From positions 1,512 through 65,511 of IMG/VR virus record IMGVR_UViG_3300006143_000006: a DNA stretch of 64,000 bases; one strand, 5' to 3'. The translations under genes and the position numbers were made by a program. Below the pieces are notes generated by a model. The model had not been told where the DNA came from, searched no databases, and saw nothing but the letters and a program-made list of their open reading frames with translations. The stretch comes from a virus (lineage: Duplodnaviria; Caudoviricetes). This document shows positions 19,965 to 30,178 of the stretch, in pieces; position 1 is the first letter of the stretch, and each line of letters begins with the position of its first letter.

Positions 19965-20354
19965 CTATACATTATTTCTTTTTAATTCATAAAGTGCTGT
20001 ACCAATTAAGCTGTCCAGATACTCATCAAAATCAGCATTAGCAGCTTTAAGCGATTGATACACAGATGTAGTAAGTGCGCTTACAACTTTATTTTTTGCT
20101 AATTCCTTAACAGATTCTTTCATTTCATCATTCCAACTTTCCGTACCTTTAACATCTCTTACAACAGTTTCATATACATCTTTTACAGCATTTAAGACAT
20201 TTTTATACAAAATATCGGTATACTTATCAATTCTTTTTTCTTTTGCGTATGCATTAATTTGCGTCCCAATATATGTAATTATAGGTAGTAATATTACTGT
20301 CCATATAGTGTAGATAACATGATTCCAGTCAATCCCTTTTAAAATTTCACTCAT
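19965..20354 (-). CDS. Putative holin-like protein
   Basis: Single N-terminal TM and YETVV...W...K pattern like LL-H-type holins. Confidence 0.5.
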   Translation of the reverse strand: MSEILKGIDWNHVIYTIWTVILLPIITYIGTQINAYAKEKRIDKYTDILYKNVLNAVKDVYETVVRDVKGTESWNDEMKESVKELAKNKVVSALTTSVYQSLKAANADFDEYLDSLIGTALYELKRNNV

Positions 20355-20601
20355 ATATTTATCTCCTTATTTGGTATTTGTATCATATCTTTTCCAACGC
20401 TCCCAACATTTTTTTGTACGTTCTTTTCCATAATATTCAATTATTTTTCCATCATATATAGATTTTCCAATCCAATCAGGTAAAACTCCACATTTGTTTT
20501 ATTCAAATCACCTCAAATCGTAAAAAATAGGGATATATAGAAACAAAAACAATATTATGTATTCTATATATCCCTAAACTTATTTACAATACACAATATC
20601 C

Positions 20602-20928
20602 TTATTCGGTTTCATTATTTTTAATTTCATTTTTAACCTCAGAATTTATTGAAGATTCCTTCTTTATATTTTTTCTTTTTGAAGCAGCTTTTCTAACTAT
20701 GCTTTCTACATCAGTGGCTTGTGAAGCCACAAAAGTATTCCCAATATTTTCCTTTTTCTCTTTTAATGACTCACGATATGCAATAGTATCATTAATATAT
20801 TTTTGCGCACATTCAATCGAACAAGCAAAATTTCGCCACATAAATATATCAGAATGTGACTGACAATAGGTACACGGTGGAAAAAGTTTGCCACAAACAC
20901 GACAAGGAATTTTTTTCTTTCCTGACAT
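20602..20928 (-). CDS. Hypothetical Cys-rich protein
   Basis: CRVC, CTYC, CSIEC motifs. Confidence 0.65.
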   Translation of the reverse strand: MSGKKKIPCRVCGKLFPPCTYCQSHSDIFMWRNFACSIECAQKYINDTIAYRESLKEKKENIGNTFVASQATDVESIVRKAASKRKNIKKESSINSEVKNEIKNNETE

Positions 20929-20984
20929 AAATTCACCTCTTTCTAAAGAAAGTAGATAGTTGTGTGCTATCTACTTCCAAATTA

Positions 20985-21770
20985 TCAATCAAAGATTATA
21001 AAATCCCAATGATTGGATTTCCCTGTACAAATATCAGGAAGAGTAGTAAATTCAAAGCCTAAAGTTGATGGATCAGAGCCACCTTGCACATCAAACGTTC
21101 CATTAAAATCTGCACGATCAATAATAAACTGTCCATGGAATAGATTGTCACAAGGGTCAGTACAAGTCACATCTATAAAAACTTGTAAACATTTACTGTA
21201 TTTTTCGGAATCGTTCGTGATTTTCTTACCAGTCACTTTTGTATCATAAAATGCTATAACCTCTACACCATCAGCGACATCTCCAGCAAAAAATGTAATT
21301 TCTTTAGTCGTGGGGTCGTAAGAAAATTCACCTGTTGCTGGTGCTGCACTCGTCTGTGTTAGCTTTTTACCACCAGACACATATGCATTCGTCTCATCCC
21401 TTACATAGATTGTGCCAATTTCATTACCAATAGTACCAGTGGCAACTTCCTTCGTAATGCCTTTATTGTCTTTTACTTTAATAGAATCACTGTATCTGAT
21501 TTCAAATTCGCCATCTTCAATTTCTGTACCAAGCATTGCGGCTAAAGCTCCACCAGATAACATACCATTGGTTCCCTTACCAGTTACCTTCTTGTTTTTC
21601 TTCAAAAAACCAATAGTCCTGCCGCCTTTACCATTGATATCTACCTTTTCTTCTTCTTGTGATAAGGTAAAGTCGTTTAATTCATCAAGAATCATGTCAA
21701 GACTTCCATTAGTCCTATCAAACCCCTTTAATTGGTCATAGGACGTGATAGTAAATTTATCAATATTCAT
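20985..21770 (-). CDS. Major tail tube protein (probable)
   Basis: Beta-rich 261 aa, position after neck genes. Confidence 0.7.
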   Translation of the reverse strand: MNIDKFTITSYDQLKGFDRTNGSLDMILDELNDFTLSQEEEKVDINGKGGRTIGFLKKNKKVTGKGTNGMLSGGALAAMLGTEIEDGEFEIRYSDSIKVKDNKGITKEVATGTIGNEIGTIYVRDETNAYVSGGKKLTQTSAAPATGEFSYDPTTKEITFFAGDVADGVEVIAFYDTKVTGKKITNDSEKYSKCLQVFIDVTCTDPCDNLFHGQFIIDRADFNGTFDVQGGSDPSTLGFEFTTLPDICTGKSNHWDFIIFD

Positions 21771-21833
21771 TTGATTTCCTCCCTATTTTTTATATAAAAT
21801 AAAAGACCAATTACGGTCTAAAAATTTCAATGA

Positions 21834-22553
21834 TTATTTAGGTATCCAAGATAAAGAATCTTTATTGTTCATCTTAGACGTATCTATTGTTCCAGAATAT
21901 ACTCCTGTCATTGTATTATCAAAATTGATTTTATGCTGTATTTGTTTAAAACTTTGATTAAATCTATATATAGACAAGTCCATGCATGTATCATAATCAA
22001 AAGAAAATTCATTTGTGTTTACTAATGCAATAACTAATTTTTCTAAATATGGTTCTGTTTTCTTATTAGCATTACGCTTTAGTCTCTTACGTTCTTTTTC
22101 TAACAGATATCTTTTTGCAGATTCATTACCTGGTTTTGATTTTACCTTTTCGAACATATTTATTTTTCTTATCATATCAGCTAAAGTATTATAAACAAGT
22201 TCATCAATAGTTATGTCATTTTGTGGATTATATAAGACCTCATTTTTTGTTTGTTTATCAAGATAAATATCAAATTGCGAAATATCCAAGTCTCCAAACA
22301 ACAAAGACAAATCATTTGTTCTATTCATAAAAAATAATATTTTAAAGAATTCATAACTTGATATTTGAGTATAATCAACCCCGATATCATCAAGTTGAAC
22401 CATGTACTGGAACGGGCTTGCGGTCAACGCATACGCTATATTATAATAAGAATATTCATCTTCTAATATTTCTCCAACTGTTGGGATTTTCAATGAGAAA
22501 TTAGGAGCAATTTCAATAGAAGATGAATTCAGTAAACTTTTTCTACTTTCCAT
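21834..22553 (-). CDS. Phage structural/hypothetical protein
   Basis: ORF in late operon. Confidence 0.6.
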   Translation of the reverse strand: MESRKSLLNSSSIEIAPNFSLKIPTVGEILEDEYSYYNIAYALTASPFQYMVQLDDIGVDYTQISSYEFFKILFFMNRTNDLSLLFGDLDISQFDIYLDKQTKNEVLYNPQNDITIDELVYNTLADMIRKINMFEKVKSKPGNESAKRYLLEKERKRLKRNANKKTEPYLEKLVIALVNTNEFSFDYDTCMDLSIYRFNQSFKQIQHKINFDNTMTGVYSGTIDTSKMNNKDSLSWIPK

Positions 22554-22986
22554 ACTTTAATCCATTGTTAAAATCTTTTACAATAAATTTCAACATTCTT
22601 CCTTTGAATTTATTTTGAGGACAATATGGAACATTACTTGATAATGCTGTTTTCCCTACGCCCAAGATATTTTTTTCACAGAATATATTATCTAATTCAC
22701 AAGTTACCCTATCGTACCAAAGATACTTTCTACTTTTTTCCTCATAAATAACAATATCTTGATGGCACATTATAAAAAAATAAATTTGTAAGTCTTTATA
22801 TACATTGTTTTTTGGGTCTAAATATGCGCTAATTTCAAAATTTATAAATTTATCTGTCTTTGTAATTGTATCTGGGATATATTCATGTGGGAAAGAACGA
22901 TTGTAGGGGATGATATCTTCTGGATATTCTTCATGCTCACACCCAAGTAATTTGATTAATTCTTTTGATTTGCAAATTTCATTCAT
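22543..22986 (-). CDS. Putative tail terminator/completion protein
   Basis: 147 aa, position before major tail gene. Confidence 0.5.
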   Translation of the reverse strand: MNEICKSKELIKLLGCEHEEYPEDIIPYNRSFPHEYIPDTITKTDKFINFEISAYLDPKNNVYKDLQIYFFIMCHQDIVIYEEKSRKYLWYDRVTCELDNIFCEKNILGVGKTALSSNVPYCPQNKFKGRMLKFIVKDFNNGLKYGK

Positions 22987-23047
22987 GATTAGTTTACGGT
23001 ATTCAATTATTTCATAACTCCTTGCTTTTCCCAGAATATCACCTCCA

Positions 23048-24094
23048 TCATTCTTCGATAGTTATTTTAATTTTTGCTAGAACTATATTATCAGGAACAA
23101 GTAAAACTTCCAATAAAAAAGAACTACCTATACAGTCCTCATTGTCTATAAATAATTCTATTTTATTATCATATATATTTTGTTCCATATCGAAATCCGA
23201 TGTAATATTCCAACTAAAGTTAATATCTTGCCAGTCTATATTTTTTCCATTTTTATTTACAAAATCAACAGAATAGATACGTTTGTATGAATTCCTAATT
23301 ATTGGTCTTCCAGAGATAGAAGCACTTAAAACGGTCATTTCATTAGGTGGCTGTGGAGTAGGTGGGAGAGGAATATTACTATTGTAATCACATATCCTCA
23401 ATTCTTGATTGTCAGTATTTGGATTAAATTCAACCTTATCTGCTATAAAACTTAATAAAGAACCCATATTGCCAGAATTATAAAGAACATCATCGCTACG
23501 GGTAATTTTAAACACTTTTGTAGGATTAATTGGTTTCAAGTCAATAAATACTCTTTTCTCTTCAAGTTCAAATCCTTCTTCACAATATCCAATTAGTATA
23601 GTATAGTTATTAGAACTTAATACAATAGTACGATTACCATTTTCTCCAACATCATATTTTGAAGCACTGACAATATTGGCCCAGCGTTCTATAATTGTTC
23701 CATCAGATAATTGCCATTTTAAAAGATAATTACATTGGATTAGTTTTCCTTCATAATGAATATCATTTACATTGAAAGAATTATATACTAACCAATAACT
23801 GTCATCTTTTGTGTCATGAATATAATCACCAATTTTTACGGGATTGTCATATGTCGCCAGAAAAGATTGATAATTCCCATTTAGGGAACTGTATTTTCTA
23901 TTATAAATACGAAGCTTTGCTGGACGATCATCATAACCCATATTTTGCTTATATTTCCAAAAGAATACGGTAGGAGAGTAAGATGTATCATGTTCAAGTT
24001 CTTTGGTTAAAAGATTTTGTCCATCACGAATCATTTCTTCACGTAATGATGTACCGCTTTGTTTAATTCGTTCTTTCATAAGATGAAGGCTCAT
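23048..24094 (-). CDS. Putative head-closure/neck protein with Ig-like C-terminus
   Basis: KIGDYI..YWLV..GKLIQCNYLLKW pattern; position. Confidence 0.55.
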   Translation of the reverse strand: MSLHLMKERIKQSGTSLREEMIRDGQNLLTKELEHDTSYSPTVFFWKYKQNMGYDDRPAKLRIYNRKYSSLNGNYQSFLATYDNPVKIGDYIHDTKDDSYWLVYNSFNVNDIHYEGKLIQCNYLLKWQLSDGTIIERWANIVSASKYDVGENGNRTIVLSSNNYTILIGYCEEGFELEEKRVFIDLKPINPTKVFKITRSDDVLYNSGNMGSLLSFIADKVEFNPNTDNQELRICDYNSNIPLPPTPQPPNEMTVLSASISGRPIIRNSYKRIYSVDFVNKNGKNIDWQDINFSWNITSDFDMEQNIYDNKIELFIDNEDCIGSSFLLEVLLVPDNIVLAKIKITIEE

Positions 24095-24100
24095 ATGTGG

Positions 24101-24553
24101 TTACACCTTCTTCCTTTTAGAAACGATATCAAATATTTTTGAATTTTTATATGATTTATTGATTGCCAACTGATCATTCTCTGCCTTTAAAGTATTTCGT
24201 AGCTCAGTTGCCTTAGATAATTGATTATGTAAATTAAGACTATGAAAATCAGATGTAGAAAGTCTCGACTTTAAAGCATTTGAAGTTAGAATAAAATTAG
24301 ATGTTAGCCATTCAATAATCATGTAATTAACAAGAATCACAAACGTGTTGTCAGATAACCGAAAGTTAAACTGTGCAAGTTCGTCATCCCTATCAGATAA
24401 ATCCTGAGTTGCAGATTGAAAAGCTACGATTGCAGATCTCATATAGCTAATAACTATTTGATAAGCAATTTCTTCATCCATATTTGCAAAATCTATATCT
24501 TTAATTTTATCAAAAACAGCATTGGCAAGTTCCCGATATGTAGTATTAGTCAT
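24101..24553 (-). CDS. Putative head-tail adaptor
   Basis: Alpha-helical 150 aa after capsid genes. Confidence 0.55.
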   Translation of the reverse strand: MTNTTYRELANAVFDKIKDIDFANMDEEIAYQIVISYMRSAIVAFQSATQDLSDRDDELAQFNFRLSDNTFVILVNYMIIEWLTSNFILTSNALKSRLSTSDFHSLNLHNQLSKATELRNTLKAENDQLAINKSYKNSKIFDIVSKRKKV

Positions 24554-24574
24554 ATTTGTTACCCACTTTTAAAA

Positions 24575-25384
24575 CTAATCCACAACAATACTAAAGCGTA
24601 ATTTTTCTTCCAGTAAACGAATAATATGTGTATTATTTAAAACACCATTATTATACATAGTTCGTACTTTAGAAATTACAACTTCACGCATTCCTGATTT
24701 TAATGCGCTTTCAATAGTAGCTTCAATAAGTTTTGTATCACCTGTTGCAAATAACTTCTTTAACTGATTAACTTTTGCGACTTCTTCATATTTCGACATG
24801 AGCCTAAATTTATTGACCGCGCGAATATCCTGCAAAATAATCCAAGGTCTATTTAAAAATACTGGTTTGGAATTGTTCATGGAGATGAGTTCTTTGACAG
24901 AAAGATATTCTACATCACCAATCTTATGCCATTTATATGTTGCACCAGTAATAGGAGATGTGTATACTAAGCCACCAAAAGTAATACTCATACAAGGAAC
25001 TTCTTCATCCATACCAATATCATCAATCGTATCATCTTTCTCGTCAGATTCCTCAAAGTCTTCTAAATCTGTAACAATATCGTTAATTGCCCCAATTACA
25101 TTTCCTTTTTTACCTTTATCGTTTGCTTTTGAATATTCAATATCACTTACTTTGTCTGAAGTAAGTGTATCTTCAGAAATATCATCTTTCATATCTGATC
25201 CGTCAATTAATGTTGAAGTTGTGATATCTAAATCATACTTTTGAAGTTTTTCTATAATTTTTTCCTGTCTGCTATTTCCAACAGAAATTCCTCGTTCTTT
25301 TGCAATTTTCTTTAACTCATCTAAAGAAAGTTCTTCATAATTCATTTTTGATTCTCCTCCAACTTGAATTTTATTGTATTCCAT
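24575..25384 (-). CDS. Phage protein with N-terminal HeH/Rho-N-like motif
   Basis: ELKKIAKERGI motif then acidic linker. Confidence 0.6.
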   Translation of the reverse strand: MEYNKIQVGGESKMNYEELSLDELKKIAKERGISVGNSRQEKIIEKLQKYDLDITTSTLIDGSDMKDDISEDTLTSDKVSDIEYSKANDKGKKGNVIGAINDIVTDLEDFEESDEKDDTIDDIGMDEEVPCMSITFGGLVYTSPITGATYKWHKIGDVEYLSVKELISMNNSKPVFLNRPWIILQDIRAVNKFRLMSKYEEVAKVNQLKKLFATGDTKLIEATIESALKSGMREVVISKVRTMYNNGVLNNTHIIRLLEEKLRFSIVVD

Positions 25385-25496
25385 ACAACGGTTGCATTAT
25401 CTAAATCATCAGATTTATGAACTACCACAAAGCTGAAGCTCCGATAAAAAAGAAGTGGCAGCACTAAACCACCACTTCAAAATAGACTTTTTATTC

Positions 25497-26516
25497 TTAT
25501 GCAATCGTATATTTTCCGAATAAATCAGAAGTTACAAGTTCAACACCGACTTTGTGCTGAAATTGAATTCTAATTGTTTGATCATGTTCCTCATCCTCAT
25601 GAGCCTCTTTGGAACGCACATCACCCTCGTAAAAGATTTTAATAATCTGTTCATCAGGTAGTACATAAAGAGTATCGTCAGCACCAGCAAATTCATATGT
25701 AAAAGGAACAAAAGAATCTGGAATGATGATTGCGTCACATCCGATACCTGTATTCTTTACAACAACTCCGCTAGTAGCTAATTCATCTTTTGCTGCATTG
25801 GAAATCCAATTTGCATTAGTACCTTCAGCAATTTTACTAACTGCTCTCTGTGAACCAGCAACAATAGTATTCTTTCTATTGGCTGTCCGTACTCTTCTGA
25901 TCATATCAATTAGAGTATCTTTGTCATAAGTTCCTTGCTGAACAAACTGTGATGGGAGATAAGCACCCATACCATTAAATACCGTTGCAATACGATTATC
26001 CATATCAATCGCAAAACCTTCACGTACTTCGTTTAACATTTCCACGATAGTAGTATAACCTTTAAGAAACCTGTCTAATTCCTCATAACAGCTTACATAA
26101 GACCATTCTGTATCAATCGGAATGTCTTTAGCTCGTCCAATTTTCTGATACTCAACATCCCATGTTCCACCAGAAAATTTAGCTGCTGCAAGATAACTTT
26201 TATCCCGGACAGCAAAGGCATTTTTATCACCTAAAGCGCCATTCTTTACTTCGCACATTCTTTTATAAAATGGTGAAGTCTTCCATGCTTCAGGAAGTTC
26301 TGGTTTTAAAACATTTTCCCAGATAGTAAAAATGGCATTCTTGTTATTTCTCCAAGACTGCCAATCTAACTCTCCACCTAAAATTTCTGTATGAAATTTT
26401 CTAATTGCATCATCTGCATGTTTTGCAGAATTTTCATTAGAGAACATTGCAACTCTATTAGTTGCAGCATCTCTTATAAGAGTACTCATCTGTAATAATT
26501 CTTCTTTATTATACAT
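25497..26516 (-). CDS. Major capsid protein (probable)
   Basis: 339 aa, downstream of protease/scaffold and decoration genes, GGAG RBS, followed by terminator hairpin ~25449-25478. Confidence 0.75.
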   Translation of the reverse strand: MYNKEELLQMSTLIRDAATNRVAMFSNENSAKHADDAIRKFHTEILGGELDWQSWRNNKNAIFTIWENVLKPELPEAWKTSPFYKRMCEVKNGALGDKNAFAVRDKSYLAAAKFSGGTWDVEYQKIGRAKDIPIDTEWSYVSCYEELDRFLKGYTTIVEMLNEVREGFAIDMDNRIATVFNGMGAYLPSQFVQQGTYDKDTLIDMIRRVRTANRKNTIVAGSQRAVSKIAEGTNANWISNAAKDELATSGVVVKNTGIGCDAIIIPDSFVPFTYEFAGADDTLYVLPDEQIIKIFYEGDVRSKEAHEDEEHDQTIRIQFQHKVGVELVTSDLFGKYTIA

Positions 26517-26543
26517 AAAAATATTTTCTCCCTTCTATAATAA

Positions 26544-27101
26544 TTAATCATTTTTAATTACTCGAATTTTTACCTTTACAATTCTAGTATCAAACACATA
26601 ACCCATGTCAGAAGTTTGTACACCCTTGGAACTTCCGAAATAAGGAAATCCAGTTTCTTCAATTGTTTCAACAATACCTACGAACTTAGCATCGGTTGGA
26701 GCAGTAGCGACAGCAGACATTTTGTACGTTCCGTCAGCAACCACATACTGACCAACTGCAATAGCGGTAGACTCATCAATAGGCATAATCATGTCACTAG
26801 AAACTCTAAATTTTCTATCTGGCTTTAGTTCATAAGTTCTAAAAATTTTGCCAGCTTCATTTGTGTAATTATCTTCGTTCTTTTCCTCAGTAAGTCTTTC
26901 ATCATATCCATATACAGAATGAATTACGATATAAACGCTATCGTTTTTTGTTGGTTTATTTGCCGTATATACATCAGAGTAACCAGTAGCAAGACCACCA
27001 TTTGCGACAATAGAACCATTGTCAATATCTTCAGTTGCAATAAAACTTACATTCATGCAACCCTGTAATTTTGTTGATTCAGCAATACCATGTTTTGCCA
27101 T
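26544..27101 (-). CDS. Capsid decoration/cement protein (probable)
   Basis: IDNGSIV motif; between scaffold and capsid. Confidence 0.6.
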   Translation of the reverse strand: MAKHGIAESTKLQGCMNVSFIATEDIDNGSIVANGGLATGYSDVYTANKPTKNDSVYIVIHSVYGYDERLTEEKNEDNYTNEAGKIFRTYELKPDRKFRVSSDMIMPIDESTAIAVGQYVVADGTYKMSAVATAPTDAKFVGIVETIEETGFPYFGSSKGVQTSDMGYVFDTRIVKVKIRVIKND

Positions 27102-27115
27102 ATTTAAATCCTCCT

Positions 27116-28654
27116 TTAATCCATAAATCCATCAAGCAAATTTCCATATCTGCTTTTAGTATCATTTTCAGTACTATACTTGTTTACATTTGTTGTAGTA
27201 GGGGTATATGAGAACGTTTTATTTTTAGTGGAATTAATCAAAATTTCTCCAGACATTAAGGTAAGATCTTTATCAAGTTTGTCTAAATTAACATTTTCAT
27301 AATCCCCTAGTTTTGCTTTAAAATAAATAAACTCTGGAGCTTTGCCTATTTTCTTTTCAAAGCGTTCCAGAGTTTCTTTAACGTTTTCAATATGCCGTTG
27401 TTTTTCTTTTTCTTTTTTATCAGCTTCGTATACATTTAGTTGATCTTTTGCAATCGTATGAGCTGCTTTTAGCGTATTAAATTCTTCCTGTAAAAGATTA
27501 TATTTTTCTTCAAGTTGCTTAGATACTTCCTTAATTTTTTCATCAAGTCTTTCATTATAATCAGTTTCAAATTTTTTACTAAGTGTTTCATTAATTTCAT
27601 TATAAATTGCAGTTAAGTGAGAATCTTCATCTTCAGATTTAGCAGTAAAAGCAATGTCGCCTTCTATTTTTGTATTCCAATTGATGACAGGATCATCATT
27701 AGACATTACATATTCGACAGAATAAATTTTGCATCCATTTTCCTTATCAAGAACGTAAATTTTAGATTCGTCTGCTGATAAGAGTTCATACTTCATACAA
27801 TCATTGCCTTCACATTTAATATCTGAAAGAAGAGTAGTAAACTTAGTTAAATCCATTTTGTGTTCTCCTTCCATTTGTGAGTTATTATTTGTTACATTAT
27901 TTTGAACAGTGGTAGTGGCAAGAGTGCTTGTACCATCTGATTCATATTGTTTTAATTTTTCTAACATCAGTTCAAAGTTCTGCTTGAATTTGGATTCATC
28001 AATAGAAAATTTCTTGACTTGTGAAGATTCAAAACAAGGTTCTTGATTTTTGTTATTACCATCTGTTCCAGAACTATCACGTTTGTTTAATAGACATAGC
28101 GCAGACATATGAAAATCATGTACCACCACATAGCCATCATTATCAATTTCCGCAGAATCAAAAGTGACTTCCATTGACTGATTAAAGTAAATTTCATCAT
28201 TGTATGAAGCCTCCATGATCGGATAACGGTGTGTCCATAAAATAATATCAACAGAAAAATATTTTCTTTGTATACCAGATTTTTCAGTGATTAAATCTTT
28301 TGATGGATTACAATCTTCTGGTATAACGCCATAGGGAACTGTTTCATCAAGAAAATCAATCCCATCATTACTAAGAATTATTTTTCTATCATGTTCTCCA
28401 ACATAGAAATTACCATTATCATCTTTCATAAGATGTGCCACTACTGGTATATTTGCATATCCTTTTCTTGCAATAAATTTATCTAACGCAGCTTCGGTAA
28501 TGTCAGAAAAATTTCTGTTGCGACCTGTGTAAAAAACGCTACATCTACAACGTGTAAAATCTTCATTTAAAATCTCAAAATTAGAAAATTTTGCTGTCAT
28601 TTCGATGTTTTTTAATTCCAATTTTTTCAATTTATAATTAATCCTCCTTTCCAT
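27116..28654 (-). CDS. Prohead protease/scaffold (YonD-like)
   Basis: YTGRNRN, ETVPYGVIP, NQSME, SALCLL...PCFESS then coiled-coil scaffold. Confidence 0.8.
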   Translation of the reverse strand: MERRINYKLKKLELKNIEMTAKFSNFEILNEDFTRCRCSVFYTGRNRNFSDITEAALDKFIARKGYANIPVVAHLMKDDNGNFYVGEHDRKIILSNDGIDFLDETVPYGVIPEDCNPSKDLITEKSGIQRKYFSVDIILWTHRYPIMEASYNDEIYFNQSMEVTFDSAEIDNDGYVVVHDFHMSALCLLNKRDSSGTDGNNKNQEPCFESSQVKKFSIDESKFKQNFELMLEKLKQYESDGTSTLATTTVQNNVTNNNSQMEGEHKMDLTKFTTLLSDIKCEGNDCMKYELLSADESKIYVLDKENGCKIYSVEYVMSNDDPVINWNTKIEGDIAFTAKSEDEDSHLTAIYNEINETLSKKFETDYNERLDEKIKEVSKQLEEKYNLLQEEFNTLKAAHTIAKDQLNVYEADKKEKEKQRHIENVKETLERFEKKIGKAPEFIYFKAKLGDYENVNLDKLDKDLTLMSGEILINSTKNKTFSYTPTTTNVNKYSTENDTKSRYGNLLDGFMD

Positions 28655-28680
28655 TTAATTACAATATAAAAGAGTGCAAA

Positions 28681-29871
28681 TCATGCACTCTCTTTTACAT
28701 CATTATCAAATTTAAAAATATATTTCCCACCACATGTTTTATATTTTCCAGTACAGTTATCTAGTAGTCTTGTAATTGTATATCCAGTATATTTAGAAGT
28801 GTCATATATGTTTGCGTGTATTTTTAATAAATTATCCTGCAAGTCATATTGTAGTATTTTATAATTTTTATATTTTAATAGTCTCTTAGAACGATTGGAT
28901 AGATATTTTTTAGATATGTCATCAGTAGATTTTATCCAAAAATAACCACCAGCAGTATAATTATTCATATTACATGATTTCGCTATATTAGATGATTCTA
29001 TATTTGTTTTAACACTAGCATCTTTTATAGAATCAAACGATCTTATAAAATTTTTATCTATATCATACATGTCAATAGTATATTGCTCTGGAACTTTATA
29101 TTTGTTAAAATCATCACCAGAAAATCTCCATACATAACCACCTGAAGTATAATTTTTACCGGTACAACATAAACCTATATTATGAAAACCAGTTGTCTGT
29201 TCTGCTTCTTGTATTCCATTGTATTTATGTAATAATTCACCAGATAAGTTATACTGAAGAACTACTTTTGTATTTAACTCTAATGTTTTTACATCATAAT
29301 CGTCACCTTTAAATCTCCAAATATAACCATTAACAATCTTTAATTTCTTTCTATGACAGCAAAAAGAAATATCAGATTCGCTTATATTATAATATCTAGC
29401 AGCTTCAGAAATTGATTCAAATTCATGGACTAAATTTCTTTCTAAATCATAATTACATACAGGTTTTGATGGGAATGTATTGGGCATTAAAACACCGCCA
29501 TCTGTCATATTATAACCATTAGGTTTTCTTGTATTATATGTATTTATATAATAAACTTCTTTTTCATTCAATAGTTGCAATAAGTTGTCTTTGCTTTCGC
29601 ATTTAATAATTTCAATTTCTTGTATTGAAAAATTTTCTTTACCATATTTCTGCATTGCAGTATACAAATATTGATTGTCTTTATTATATTTTTGCTTTCT
29701 TAAATGATCTCCCCAACGTTGTTTTATTGTCCGTATTGTTTGTCCAATGTATTTCTTACCATTAACTTTATTCATAATACAGTAAATGTATCCTTCATAC
29801 ATTCCAGTTTCTTTGTTGTAACTTATAATAATTACCTCCTCAATATAAAGTCTTGAATATATCCAATCCAA
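28681..29871 (-). CDS. GIY-YIG homing endonuclease with NUMOD1 repeats (free-standing)
   Basis: GYIYCIMNKVNGKKYIGQT, E...YI..YNT..PNGYN; repeated F.SI.EA...I..CC...GY.W units. Confidence 0.9.
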   Translation of the reverse strand: MDWIYSRLYIEEVIIISYNKETGMYEGYIYCIMNKVNGKKYIGQTIRTIKQRWGDHLRKQKYNKDNQYLYTAMQKYGKENFSIQEIEIIKCESKDNLLQLLNEKEVYYINTYNTRKPNGYNMTDGGVLMPNTFPSKPVCNYDLERNLVHEFESISEAARYYNISESDISFCCHRKKLKIVNGYIWRFKGDDYDVKTLELNTKVVLQYNLSGELLHKYNGIQEAEQTTGFHNIGLCCTGKNYTSGGYVWRFSGDDFNKYKVPEQYTIDMYDIDKNFIRSFDSIKDASVKTNIESSNIAKSCNMNNYTAGGYFWIKSTDDISKKYLSNRSKRLLKYKNYKILQYDLQDNLLKIHANIYDTSKYTGYTITRLLDNCTGKYKTCGGKYIFKFDNDVKESA

Positions 29872-29970
29872 GGCTCATTTCTTTAGAGGTAGAGATAGGA
29901 GAGTACTGGCTGTCCTATATTACTCTTTACTGGTTTATCCAACCAACCAACCATTACAATACATATTTCT

Positions 29971-30159
29971 CTAAAAGCAAACTGTTTTGTTTACAAAAAA
30001 AGAACATTGCTCAAATTTTGAGTTCAGTTCCTTCATCAATTCATTCGTCTGTATAAAAACAAACACTTCTTTATTATCAATGTTTCTTTTTGTATATTTG
30101 AAACCAAGAGACTGTAATATATCGGCCTTTACTTGGTCTAAAATCAATACCTCACCCAT
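29971..30159 (-). CDS. Small conserved phage protein
   Basis: Probable ATG at 30159 after GGTG RBS; L.SLGFKY motif. Confidence 0.55.
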   Translation of the reverse strand: MGEVLILDQVKADILQSLGFKYTKRNIDNKEVFVFIQTNELMKELNSKFEQCSFFVNKTVCF

Positions 30160-30178
30160 ATGTTCAATCACCAGCTTT

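Noticed and set aside
20370-20506. Small ORF between holin-like genes with out-of-frame TTG start
   Set aside because: A homopolymer indel could be decay or a sequencing error; cannot be resolved.
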